From Trichoplax adhaerens (lineage: Eukaryota; Animalia; Placozoa), in NCBI RefSeq assembly GCF_000150275.1, contig NW_002060957.1, positions 186,001-250,000 of the forward strand: a DNA stretch of 64,000 nt. Reading direction: 5' to 3'. Below the pieces are notes generated by a model that was not told the DNA's origin, searched no databases, and was given only the letters and a program-made list of their open reading frames with translations. Positions 15,125-28,224 of the stretch are shown piece by piece; position 1 is the first letter of the stretch; each line of letters opens with the position of its first letter. A program made the translations under genes and the position numbers.

Positions 15125-16783
15125 CGTGTATTTGATTAGTTTCCAACTGGATTAAATCGAAAACTTTTGCGTTGTTAAAATTTGATGGCCTCAATATGAT
15201 ACAGAGGATAAATTTAAGTTCAAATCAAGTCAGAAATAACCAACACTGTTGATTGCGTTAATGTAAATCTCGCCTTTTCAATAACTTGTATCCTGCAATA
15301 AGAAGATTATATTAATTAATTTACCAATACTGAAATAATTTAAGGTACCTCCTTATTACCCAATTATGAAGAAGGGAATATTTGATTATAACAACATCAC
15401 TACGCTGAATTACAGGTAAGGTATCCAAAAACTCAAGCGAATTGCATTTGTAAATCATTATGTTGACAAAGATATAATAAGAAATTGTCTACAATATCGA
15501 TGAATGAATCCTTGAGCCAAAATAATAGTTTCATTTCTTATTTGGATTATCAATAAGCTCAAAAATTATCTTCAATAGTAAAAATGGAATTGAGATAGAT
15601 TTTCTAAATGTTATACTGTACTGTAATTAACTACATGGTAATTAAACTTTTACTTTGGTTATTATTACAATTTTTTAAATTTAAAATAAAATCCATTTCC
15701 TGTAGCTATATTTATCTTCCTAAGTAGGAAATCTGATTACGTTAAATTGTAAATAGGGTAACCAAGAACACATGAGGGCATAGGCAGTGGGTGCTGCGTG
15801 AAAAGCGATTATTATCATCTTATCATAAATATCTCATTCAATATAGACATGGTAAATAGAGTTGCTCATATGGCATAAACTTATTGAAATACTTCAAAAA
15901 TCACTACACTATTATAAAAACTGAAATTATACTTATTTGATAAAAATATCATCAACCGTCCTAGCAATTATTTAAAGTAATACTAAAAACAACATCTTAA
16001 TGTGGCATTAAGATCAATATCTAATTGAAGCTCTGCATTTCTTAGGATTAGTAAAGGTTTACTTAAACAAGCTTTAGACATGCTACTTGCGTGATATTCA
16101 ATCATTGCTAGTCAAATTGACGTATATAAGTAGGAGAATAAGATAGAAATTTTATCAATTTTTACCCATAGATACTATGGCTCAATTACGTGTAAAGTTA
16201 TCTTGCCAACTGAATAACGATGAGATTTAACGTAAATTTAGAGTTGCATAGCCCAGCGAGTTCATTTATCTTATGTGTAAGAAAATATATTGATCATTCG
16301 ATAGGCTAACTCCGTGAATAGATCAAATTAGTGGTCGCAATTAGAATTTTACTTGTAATTATTAAAAGCATCGGATATAACCCAAGTTAAGGAGGGTCTG
16401 ATATTTTAAATGTGGTAACATTATATTTAATTCTATACTTACTACAATGTTACATTGATGATTTCTTCTCATCCAATTCTCGCATAATCCCAAAACAGGA
16501 AGGACGACAGCAATTTTAAGACTAACAAATAGGTATCAAAAAATGGGCAATTGTTGTAAATTGTAACTAATGACAATAATACATACAACTCTTTCAATTA
16601 GGGATGGGGAATAAATTCTTTCTCGTCTGGATTCTAATAACTACATCAAATCAGTGTTGCCTAATAAAATTGTCAAGTCTAGATAGTAGTAAATCAAAAT
16701 TACTAGAGGGTTAAAATGGACAAATTGCCTGTTAAGACTGCTGATAGTTAATAATGAATATCATGTACTCCAAGCTTGTCCTA

Positions 16784-16797
16784 GTTACCATAGCAAC
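16784..16797. promoter_or_regulatory. RFX X-box GTTACCATAGCAAC
   Basis: Matches the GTNRCC-N(0-3)-RGYAAC consensus. It lies upstream of the ciliary SAXO gene, with a plausible non-coding first exon (donor near 16442, acceptor near 15293). Confidence 0.75.
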
Positions 16798-17889
16798 AGA
16801 GAGCACTTTAAACAACGTTGGCAATGATACACTGCAGTAGAGCGGTAATAGTAACAATATTAAATATTCAGCTTATTATAGCAGTATTGAACGTCATCAA
16901 TGGATCATACAGTAAAATGAATAATTTATTCTAAACAGTATCTAACCATTACCATAATAGGCTTTTCATTATATATTGTTAACAAGATTGTCAATATGCT
17001 TCTTACTATGAAGGAGTATAGCTACCTATTGATTATACACAATGAGTAAAGTTATAACAATTTTCATCGCCGCAAATGTTATTTATCGGAGTATTTTTCT
17101 CGGGGGTTGTGCCTAACTGTAAAACAGTGATCATGGGGTAGTTAACACTTGATTAAATCTTAAATGATGCAACGTGTTAGTATGACTTAGAGAACATATA
17201 TGTTGACTTTGAGCGTGGGATTATCATCATTTATTCTATTACAAACGTTACCTTATTGAAGGATATTATTCAATGTAACAATTTCAATATTTTTAATTAT
17301 ATTGCGATATAATTTTGAATGATTATTTTGATACTATAATGTTCCGGTAGATAGTTAACTTGATATTTTGTTTCGATGAAACAACATCTTATAGACATTG
17401 TGCAGATTAGAATATTTTGTAAGATTCCGTCTTGGCTCAAAGTCGGATAAAATCTTATTTAAAGGGTCTCTTGACCTTACACTTGTATGAAATAATGTTA
17501 ATAAAGATATCTATCACTAGTACCAACGGCTGCTTTTTACTGATCATATTGTTTATCTCATTAGTTATACATAATTATCTAATCTTGCCTATTTAAATCT
17601 ATTTAATTTTACGGACAATCATAGCAGGCTATCAATTTCATATTGTATGACAAATTTAAACTCTACGCTAATAGTACCACTGCTGTGTCCTTTCCATTCT
17701 CGAAGAAACGTATTCTATGGCTTAAACTCTGTTGTGACCTTAAGGATATAGTCAAGCTCAAGCCTGACTTAATTAACGATTGATTTATGATGTCAATAAG
17801 TAATCTTTTAGGGAAAGCCAGGACGGTAATTGATTTATCGTTTGGCACTAAAGTAGGCTCATCACTTGCGCATAATCGTAGGAACGTTT

Positions 17890-20865
17890 AGATATTATAC
17901 GACCGTTCCTGCATAGTAAATGAAAATGTAAACCATTGAAAAGGCATTAGCTACTGATTTCTAGCCATAACAATGACTCGATTTATCACTAATTAAAGCA
18001 TTCAGGTTTACTCATCTATATGTGTATTTCTGATTATCCGATAAAAAAATCTCGATTAAATTATTAATCAAGTGAACAGTAGTAATGCAATAGTAAATAA
18101 TTAAGTGCGGAAGAGCTTTAAGCTATCATTACGAAATATAAATAAATTGTCAATGAGGCATATCAAGTATTTTTGCTTATAATATGTGCATCTTATCCTG
18201 TGTAAATTTATGAAGTTAACGACAGTAGCAATTGCAATTAGTTAGTCGCAATAGTATACAGACTTTACTTCATTTTTTACATTAACCTTGTTTGCTTGCA
18301 CTGTTGGATATTAATGGAAGTGCTGAAATGCTATAATGTTATTTATCAATCACACAGTTCCATTATTCTGTGGCCGAGGATTCAATAAGTATGCACTTTT
18401 GGAAGTCATGCTTCACATCAATAAGCTTTTAATATAGGGATTATAAATTCAGAAACTCGCTCCTAGGTTTGTCATCAAACCAGCGCTAGTTTGTAATGCA
18501 TTCAATCCAATCTCACCATATTTAAAATGACGACGAGTGACTTTTTATTCACATAATTAAGAATAGCGTACTGTAAGTTAAGCAATCACCGAATATGGGA
18601 TGCATTTAGCTGATGCATTATCAAGATATTCTGAAGTTGACTAGAGAAATAATAATTTGCAGAAGCGTTTATTATAACACCATCTTCATTCCTCTGTAGT
18701 ATCACCAACATGATTTATTCTGTTCATAGATCGAAGACGAGCTTCAAAGGCCTATAAAAATAGAATAATCAATAGAAAGTGTAAACGTCGACGTGAAATT
18801 AACAAAAATAATGCACTGAATAAGAATTTCAATTACATTAAATTTTTCATTTAAGTCTGGATTTTCAAGACTAGTAACAGCCTCATTGATTAAAGTAATC
18901 GTAGGTACTTTTATTTTGAGAGTTGGGAATAGCTTTAAATGTTCTTCCGCAGCATCCATTATTTCTGATTGTCTTTTAGCATCTTTCAAACTTTTGATAT
19001 ACAAGTATAGGACCAGCTGTACGTATAAGTAAATGGTGCAACGTGAGCAGTCAGTCTTGTTAGTACCACAGTAATGTATCATGACAGTTTATCGATTAAA
19101 GAGAGATTATTTACATTAGAAGGTTTGAATTTGTCCCATTTTACGTATTCATTTATATGCTCTAAAGCCATTTCGGGCAAGTTCTGTGATATCAAGAAGT
19201 GGATATGGGTCAATTGTTATAGGGATCCTTTGGTAATAGTAAAAATAACCAAAACTACCTGACGTAACGCAGCACGAATTATCTCCTTGCGAATTATTTT
19301 AATATGACGTACTCTTAAGCCAGTTTCCATAAATTCACGAAGTAATTTAATACCATATAGAAAATCTTTCTCAGAATCCTACAAGGCATCCAGAGAAGCT
19401 AAAATTTTCCATTTCTTTCAAGAAATTGCTCAAGTCATACAATATTTTACCTGCTTGAGTAAAGAATAAATTCTAATGGCGTTGGTAACTTTGTTGGGTT
19501 TTATGCTATCGGCGAGCATCGCATCATATGCTTCCAAAGCAACTAGAGAAAGCAATATGCATTCAATGTAAATATTGTAGTTAAAAGCATATAATCGAAT
19601 CATTGAAGATGGGCTGAATTTGCTAGAAAGGACTCACGATCTGACCCCTTTTCTATTCTATTTCTAGGATCTATGAATTCATCCATCAAGAAATTGTAAC
19701 AGCCAGCATTAGGAAATATACCATATTCAGCCTGTAATTTTAAAGTACAACAGTTGGCATCAAGTCTTATGTAATAAGGGCTTAGCACATTGCGATAACA
19801 ATCACAAAGAGGTACTATGTGACATGCCTTATTCTTGATCATTTCTAGAGCCATCGCTGGATTCTCCAGTCGAATGCATGTACGTGTTAGTAAGGCCGGC
19901 AAGCCATCAAACGGCACACTCTTGCTCTGTCGATATCTTGAGAAAAAAAATAGGATAGGTACCTTAGCTAAGTCTGCCATGATGGATATTAAAATGCTCG
20001 CTTTTGATTGCACATCACTAGCACTTTGAGTGGCATATTCGAAAAGATACAGTCCTCAAGTGGATACTTTGTCGTTGTCATTATTGCAAGCCAGTTTAAT
20101 GCATAATTCTAATGTAAAGGTTTTTCTGATCAAGATACTCCAATTGTCAATTGATACCTTTTCACTGTATCCTGTAGAAGTGGTAAATTTTCTGGCTTGG
20201 TACAACCATCTATAAACTAAATGAAAATAGAAAATGATACGTATGCAATAAATTCAAAACTATTCGCTAGTTCCAATGCAGGAAAGTACAGTAGGCATTT
20301 TCATTAGGATTCAAAGGAAGTGATTTGATATTTCTTGCTAGTACAGTAACAACATCTACTTATCGGATTGAGATCGAGTGTGTATGATACTGTCATTTCT
20401 AAACCAACCAATTGCAAATCTTTAACCGCTGCATGTTTAGTTCGTTCTATTTTCTCTAACATGGTTTCGCGCAGTTTTTCTGAAAGAGAGAAAAAGGCTT
20501 CGTTGTTTATCGATGCATCCTACAGCCTACTGTGCAGCGTGCATGGAGGTCATTCAGCAATTTAGTTACGCCAATTTAAATGGTAAGAGACTGACCGATA
20601 TCTCTGCCTTCATTTTCAGCTTTGTGTAAATCCCATTTTTCTAAGGGACGTTCTTTAGGCTTTAAAAATATGCAATGTTGAGCTCCTAAAGTAGTACAAC
20701 AACAACACATGTTTGAATGGAGCTTTGTCCATGGCTAGGCAAGATACGAGCAAGCGATCCAATCATTAATTGCAATACAAGCTGACCTGTAGAAATAGCT
20801 CTATTCTTGACGGTCCATTGTCTCCATTGTACCAAAGTACGGCAAATGCTTGATCTCGGTAACAT
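17890..20865 (-). CDS. Mitochondrial PPR protein of the MRP-S27/PTCD2 family (3' end uncertain)
   Basis: ATG at 20865 begins an Arg/Ser-rich presequence-like peptide MLPRSSICRTLVQWRQWTVKNRAIST. An internal stretch LTRTCIRLENPAMALEMIKNK/AEYGIFPNAGCYNFLMDEFI resembles the MRPS27 YGIFP..FNLLMD motif. Confidence 0.7.
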
Positions 20866-20999
20866 TTTTCAATCGATTGTAATGGATAAAATGGAATAAA
20901 TTGCAACAGCGATGGATTGTTTAGCTTAATTTGAAACTGGATCTGCCAAGATGGAAAGCTCAATCAGCTCGATCAGCTCAATCATGCGGTTTTGATACT

Positions 21000-21290
21000 A
21001 CGTAGACTGGACGCTATGTGCAGTACAGTACGATGCTACAGTACGTATGCTAATGTACTGTACTGTACACTGTACAGTACTACTAGTACAGTACTGTACA
21101 GTACAGTACAGTACAGTAGAGAATATGTGGAATGATGGAAGACCTCTTAGACTAGACCGTACCGGTCCAGTCCGGTCCAGTTCGGTACTGGTACTAGACA
21201 CTAGACGTCGGAACAGGTGGTTGCAATGTGCTGCACCGATGTAGTGCACGGTACAGTACTGTACACTACTGGTGTTGGTATAATGTACAG
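21000..21290. repeat. TACAG/TACTG low-complexity tract upstream of the PPR gene
   Basis: Contains gtactgtactgtacactgtacagtactactagtacagtactgtacagtacagtacagtacagta. Ends about 135 bp upstream of the ATG at 20865. Confidence 0.9.
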
Positions 21291-21428
21291 GTCAGTCAAA
21301 TACGTTTTGACCAGTCTATCCGAGGTAGTGCATGTTGAGAACGAAGGCAAAACTGCTTGGCTTGGCGATGCAGCTGCTGCTAACCCCTAGAAAATGGCTC
21401 CAAGGTACAAACTTGAAAAGCCTTCCTT

Positions 21429-22650
21429 ACAATTATTTGTCTTTTCTATTCATATGAAAATGCAATACCCAAGTTTCAAAGCTAATTTTTTGTCCATCTC
21501 TTTATGCTTAACATTGCATTGCTACACCAGCATAAAATAGGACAACAATTGCAACAATACTACTTGATTGCAGTTCTGGCTTCTTCTCCTACCCATATGT
21601 GCTTCGTTGCAGATGGGATCTGTTTTCCAGTTGCAGCCACAGAGTATACAGGGTGTCTCATAAAAAATTACCGACGATTGAAATTATATGAAAACACAAT
21701 TTCAACATCAAATTAGATAAAGTTGGTATCAGTCTATTGCAAATAAGACGCTTTACAGTACGTGGGAAGACTAGCCACACTCATGAATGATCTTGTTCTA
21801 CAAGATAATACGAAGAGAGACTGTATTCGATAGCTTAAAATCGAAAATATCACTGAAATGCCTTCCTGACAATTATTTGTCTTTCCTATCCTGATGAAAA
21901 TATAATGCCTAAGTTTCAAAGCTAGTTTGTCCATCTCTTCAAGCTTGGTATTGCATTGCTACACCAGTGTAAAATAGGACCAGAATTGCTACAATACTAC
22001 TTGATTACAGCTCTAGGTTCTTCTTCTGCCCATATGCGCTTAGCTGCAGATGGGATCTATTTTTCAGTTGAATTGGCAACCTCAGAGTATAGGAAGACTA
22101 GTCAAACTCATGAATGATGTTGTTCTACAATACAATTCGAAGAGAGGCTGTATTCGATAGCTTAGAATCTGAATCTACAGTAGAAGTTTTAGAGTCAAAA
22201 ATATCACTGAAATACCTTTCTTACAATTACTGTACGGTATTTATCTTTCCTATCCAGATGAAAATGCAATGCTCAAGTTTCAAAGTGAATCTGTCCATCT
22301 ATTCATGCTTGGCATTGTATTGCTAGACGAGTGTAAAATAGGGCAAGAATTGCAACAATACTACTTGATTACAGTTCAGGCTTCTTCTTCTACACATATG
22401 CGCTTAGCTGTAGTTGCAACCACAGAAGACCGGTATACTCATAGACTGTCATGAATGATGTTGATCTAAAATATAATACGTGAAGAGATTGCACTACTGT
22501 ATGTCGAGTTAAATTGGCAATCGCAGAGTACGTGAAGACTAGTCACATTCATGAATGATGCTGTTCTACACTATAATACGAGGACAGACCGTATTCGATA
22601 GCTTAGAATCGAGATCGAACAGTTCTAGAGTCAAAAAGTCACTTAATATT
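21429..22650 (+). repeat. Degenerate tandem duplication, 3-4 copies of a roughly 350-440 bp unit
   Basis: ACAATTA..TCTTT(T/C)CTAT...AAGTTTCAAAG...ACAATACTACTTGATT recurs near 21429, 21870 and 22223. GAAGACTAG...CATGAATGAT recurs near 21768, 22093 and 22535. Confidence 0.85.
21649..21760 (+). mobile_element. Putative Tc1/mariner-type terminal fragment inserted at a TA
   Basis: About 110 bp present only in copy 1 of the local repeat. It begins TA|CAGGGTGTCTCATAAAAA, resembling mariner/maT-type TIR starts. No clear right TIR. Confidence 0.45.
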
Positions 22651-23073
22651 GTATTTGTTCGGATATTCATGTTGATCCCAACAAGTAATGCATGATATTG
22701 AACGATGCTGTAAATGCGTGTAAAAGTATAACATGCTTTATATCCTTTGCCTTAGTACTGTACAAGGTGATGAGCTGCATTAATTTTGCAACCTTCGGCT
22801 ATAAATTGATTCTATTTAAATCTATCTTCACTGTTAATAAACAAGAAGTTATTAACTGTAAGCTATTGAAAGGTAAAAATAAATCAACAGTAATTAGAAA
22901 TTGAGAATTCTTATCCGTCGTACTCTGTAAGAAACGACGATAGCGTTGTGAAATCTTCTAAACATTTTTAATCAATTTTGCCCGAGGCCCAATATGCAAT
23001 ATCGCATTTTCATCTTGACCGATTAAGCACCATGAAAGATAGACCCGGAATTTCATTATTATTTAAACTAGCT

Positions 23074-26000
23074 TCATGGATCCTCGTTCATTGATTTTAT
23101 TCTTTGCTTCATTTCATTGACCCACCGACAGCAAATGGTTCTGTTTTCAGCCTAAAGGGATAAGAAACAATTTTAAGTGACAACATTATAACGAAATCAC
23201 ACTTCTAATCAAGCTTACACGATATTGGATTGGTTTTTTATTTTTTGAGCTTAAAGATGACGAAATCGTAGTCATCATCATGATGTCATCTTTAGTTTCA
23301 TGAATGTTGACATAAATAAGATTCAACTATAGAAGCAGAGCGAGTTGAAATTGGTTATAATTACGTAACCTGTCGCTAAATTACAAAAGCATAGAATTCA
23401 GGAAAAAAACCGTTTAAATAAAATTGCTTCTTTACCGGAATACATGCTTTCACCATATATTTATCATGTGGCCTGGGCTTCGTCAGTAATAATGCTTTCT
23501 CAAAGAGGAATAATTTTCGTTCTTTCCTTGGCCAAAGCTTGTGGAACTTTCCCTGCATAAAAATAAATAAAAAAATTGCATTCAACGTGTAAGGCCAATT
23601 GGCAAGCAGCTTGCAATAGCCAATTTTAATTCTGAAACGACTACCTCCATTATAAAATCCCCGTAGTTTTCTTGCAAGTTGGTGATACACTGATTTATAA
23701 AAATCATTTTAAGCGTTATTAATTATACAATTATATCAAGTCATAGATCAATTATCCGTGATATAGTTGCTGTAATGGATATCGTTAATTCTATCCGTTT
23801 AAGTTATTCTTTTCTTACAAGTTGAGCCTTTGATTTTTTATCCGGAATGAATGATTTTTCAATATTCTAAACATTGAAAGTAGGCCAGTCATGCCTTTAT
23901 ATTGACTTAAAAATTTTAAATTTATGCAGACTAACCTGAATGCTGTTCGCCATATCATATAATTTTTTACTCTCATTCACTCGATCTGCTATCGTTGACA
24001 TAAATTCGATAGCCGCCTATAAATAATTAATTATTATTTAGCTCGAATCAGCTTTAACCCTATTCTAAATAAACTATCACTACTTAATACTGGCATTACT
24101 AATGTATCCTATATTAATTAATGATTAGTGTCATTTTTCATATGAATAACGTCATTACTTTTACAATTCCCTGATCTTTCACTGAACCATCCAAATACTT
24201 GAGTATTTCCTGATCAAAAAAGCATGAATTTCACGTTTGTTTCAATGAATCATTTATGAAGAAATGAGTAAAGCTTATGTCAATTTAAGACACAGTTAAA
24301 ATAATGGAAATGAAACAAGCAGTGATCCCAAACTTAATAGTATATACTCTTACTATCGCATATCGAATAAATACTGTCATGATCTTGCAAGAATTTTAGG
24401 AAATTGAATGAATACACAAAAATTAAATCTACGACCATATGAAAATACCTCCAAGATTAATTTATACTTCAATAATCTTTGTAAAGGTTTAACAAGGTAA
24501 GATTCTAAGCTCAGGTTAGTACCAGTATTTTCACGACATTCCTAAATCATCAAGTTACCAACACTTATAAATCAGCCAATAAACATTAAACTAATACCAT
24601 GAGAATCATGTACATTGAATTTGGAAATAGGACTGCTAAAATAAGTATGCAAAGTTATCTAATAAACGGCAGAGGTTATACAAGCCTATTTAGTAAATGA
24701 TATACATTTAAAAAAGTTTCGATAGTATCCTCTTTCATAATTCTTTGCAATGTAGCAACGGCCCTATCAAATAATTCACATTGTATTTAAGGCTTAGAGA
24801 GAAGCAGAAATGACTAAATGTATTTCAAATGTTGATCTTACTTATCATAGCTACATATATATTTTCCATAAATATTTTCAAATCCATTTAAACAATCCTT
24901 GAGAAAAATAAATTAAATGATTCACTTTTAGTCCTACTAGGTAACGAAAAGTATTTTTTGATCACTTTAGCATATTTGAAATATTAATTAGTAAAGTTAA
25001 TTTGATATATCGTAGAAGATCAAGTCGAAAAATAGCAAATATTGAGCCGTTCCTAGATAGAATTACTGCCAATATCCTAGAGTAGTCCTTTATATACCTT
25101 AGTTATGAACGTGGCACATATGCGAACAAGATTGCCCTTGCAGCTTTCAAGGGACCGAAGGAAGGAACTAAATTTTAGATAGGAAATTACAAAGATAAAT
25201 GATAGAATGTTAGCCTAAGCTTGAACTAGGAGTATTTAAGGAGTAAAATGTAAATTATCATGACAATTATGACTGTATAAATAAAATAATTATCAGAACT
25301 AAGCGTACAAGTAAACTTTAGCTATTTTATAAGATTTATTACTGGCAAGGATTAAATAATTCATCAAAATATAGATAAGTAACCCACGCCTGAAATTCCC
25401 ATATTTCATCGATGTTGAGAAATATTTCGTCGCTGTCTCCTACATCCATCATAATTTTCCAGTCGTTTTGAAATGGATGAAGGTAATGCTAGAAAATAAG
25501 ATCATGCTTAGGGAATCAATAGAGATGGTGAATAATTTAAAAAAATGATGATAAGTATAGCGCCTGGAGTAGGATAAAACTGTTTATAGATATCTATTAA
25601 TCGCTCAATAGTAGAGTATTAATCGTAGAAGAAATCAATCATATCAGATCTCATTTCCGCCAGCTAAAATAAGCACTTTGAATAGGTGTAATCAACTGAT
25701 AAGGTTGCTGAAATAATATCCGACAAATTCTCTCTGTTACGCGGTAATTTAACATTTTTGCCCCAATATAAAGGCTTGATGATATAATGTTAAATAGAGA
25801 CCAAATTTCTTAATTCTCATTTACTTTACGGCTAGATATAAAGTCATAATGACTCTTAACTATGCAAATATACGATACCTTGATCAGGATATCCAAATCG
25901 GAAACATAAGATTTTTCTGTTTCAATGAGTTCTTTAATTTTAAATTCTAATAATAGCTGATGTTTGGAAGCCATGCTAGATTTCATCTCCTTCATTTCAG

Positions 26001-26133
26001 CTGAAGTCGTAGAACAACATACGTCTTGATCAGTTCCTTCATCAGTCTTGCTGGCCTCACTTTGCATTTGGCTATCTTCAAGGCTTTGTTCGCTACAATT
26101 ACTTTCACTAGAAAGGGCTTTATCTTCATCCAT
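23074..26133 (-). CDS. Small Dbl-family RhoGEF (DH-PH), PLEKHG-like
   Basis: IKELIETEKSYVSDLDIL, EIFLNIDEIWEF and LSLESYLVKPLQRLLKYKLIL form the DH domain. KERKLFLFEKALLLTK...RWVNEMK forms the PH domain. Stop at 23074. Confidence 0.9.
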
Positions 26134-26359
26134 GAACTAAAGACCCAAGAGTAAATTGGATTCCTTAAATTTACTTATACCCGCTAAATATTACTGAAGC
26201 TATATTTATTTACTAAAATCCAGCTAACTAGCCAGATAATTGTCACTTTCTATTGGCAAAAGGGTCGTTCATTTCTTTTATAATTTATCTACGTATACAT
26301 GTAGATTAGAAATTATGGACAATCTAAATACAGTTTTTTAAACACTTATTAAGCAGCGG

Positions 26360-26785
26360 TAAGGTTATCATGAGGTATTAGATAGTAAGTTAGCTGGGTA
26401 GTTGTTTATCTACCTTCCATTTAATTATAAGCTTAGCACGGTAGCTATTTCGCGAGAGATGGTATATCAAATATGAGGAAAGCGTCGTATACCTTACTTA
26501 GTTATTCAAAATATCGTCAATTAACAGTAGTAAAGGTTATTAACAATTATAATTAATTCTAACACAACCTTCTAGACACGTTTGAAATGCAGCTATGGGT
26601 ATGATAAGGTATTGGATACAGAGTTAAGTCTCTAATATCGCTGTCTGTCTACCTTCTATTTAAGCTGTAACATAGGATAGTTATTATACGATAGACGCTA
26701 TACTGAATATACAAGAAACTGCTATAAATCTGCTTAGTTATTCAAAATACCTTCCATTAACTACTGTAGAAATTATTGATAATCT
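26360..26785 (+). repeat. Old tandem duplication, 2 copies of about 235 bp
   Basis: AGGTATT(A/G)GATA...TCTACCTTC(C/T)ATTTAA...CTTAGTTATTCAAAATA occurs twice. Confidence 0.7.
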
Positions 26786-27070
26786 TTACGACAATTTATT
26801 CTTCGATCATATTGGATCAACGTGGGAAACTAACGGGACTCCGACAATCGTCAAACTATCACTTAGCAAATTTCTACCTTATCGGTCGCAAATATTTCTA
26901 AATACAAAGCAGGCGACCAATAAATTTTGTACTAGTGTATGATTAATATTTTCTTTTGCTAGTTACACAAGTACAATCAACCATAATATAAGGCAGAATT
27001 CTTTAGTTAATACAAATCAGTATTTTAAAACATTATCGATTGGGTATACTACAAATCTTTAGATTAACTT

Positions 27071-27800
27071 TACTTCTTGCGATTCTTTCTTTAGTTTATC
27101 ACGAGCTGTAACAGATTGAGATGTTCTTGTAGTTAAGTCAGATTCATAACCAGAAGAACTATTGCTAAGCCAAGCTAAAGAAGAAACATTTCATGTCGTT
27201 AGATCCATTACCCTAAATAACTAATGATTTATTTCCTTCATCAATAGTTTACTGTTAAGTCTCATCTTCGATCTATTACTGAAGCTATAGTCCTGCAATT
27301 ATTTTTTTCATTATTGCTCATTTTTGGCTATAAACATACAATTTCTAGTCGCTAATCGAAGGTTATAGGAATAAATGCTCCTGTTATAAGGAAAAACTTA
27401 CAAAAAACTTGCTTTCTCATAGCTAGAACTGAACCTTATCTTCCTAATGGCTAACCAAGAAGGCAAGGATGCCAAATAAAAGTTGAGCCTTCAAAGTTAT
27501 TTTACAATCACTAGAGCAACCAATGGCTTCAATTGAAGTTAAAATATTTTCCACGAAAGAATTCTCGCTAGCTAGTATTACTGCCAATATGCTTTGTAAT
27601 AATTCATGGAATATGGAATATAAACTTCTTGTCAATTTCTACCTTCTCTTCATATTCAAGAAATGCTTGAGATCTAGTCCAGTTCTCTTTCTCTGTGAAG
27701 AGAGGATTAGTGGTGTAAATAATTTGTTAGTGATTGCTATTTTTGTCTGCTTTCGTGATAAAGATGCAACATCGTTGCTGGCAGAATCATCGATTGACTA
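27071..27800 (-). other. Possible exons of a small unrecognised gene or a decayed gene
   Basis: AG/GT-flanked open segments, for example WLSNSSSGYESDLTTRTSQSVTARDKLRKNRKK* and ASENSFVENILTSIEA. No family recognised and no clear start codon. Confidence 0.25.
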
Positions 27801-28224
27801 TAAAATAATTAACATCTGGTAAAAGGTTATACTACAATCTTGTTGCGTCTTTCACTTCTGATGCGATCCAAATGATCCTCAAGTATAGCCAACGCCAATC
27901 ATAATAATTCCTAATAAAGATAGTATTCGAGAAGATACATCTTGTGCCCATCTTTGACCATAATAAAACCATATTTGGTTGAAGTAGAGCAGAAACATTG
28001 CAGTAGAAGCTATACAGTAGAATAAAGGAAACCCACTAGTAAAGGTACATAAATGAAGGAAAGTTGGTTTTTGACTTTAATTAAATAGAGATCCGCATAC
28101 CATGTTATTTCATAGAACATGGCATTAAACTCAGTAGCAATCGTGATTGGAATGACTAGTCAATACTGCAATGTTGTTAAGTATCTTTTAAGACATTTCC
28201 ACTTCTTTCTAAACTTAAATGACC

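Noticed and set aside
21394-21410. Possible micro first exon ATGGCTCCAAG|GTAC divergent from the PPR gene
   Set aside because: No in-frame downstream exon could be found before the RhoGEF 3' end.
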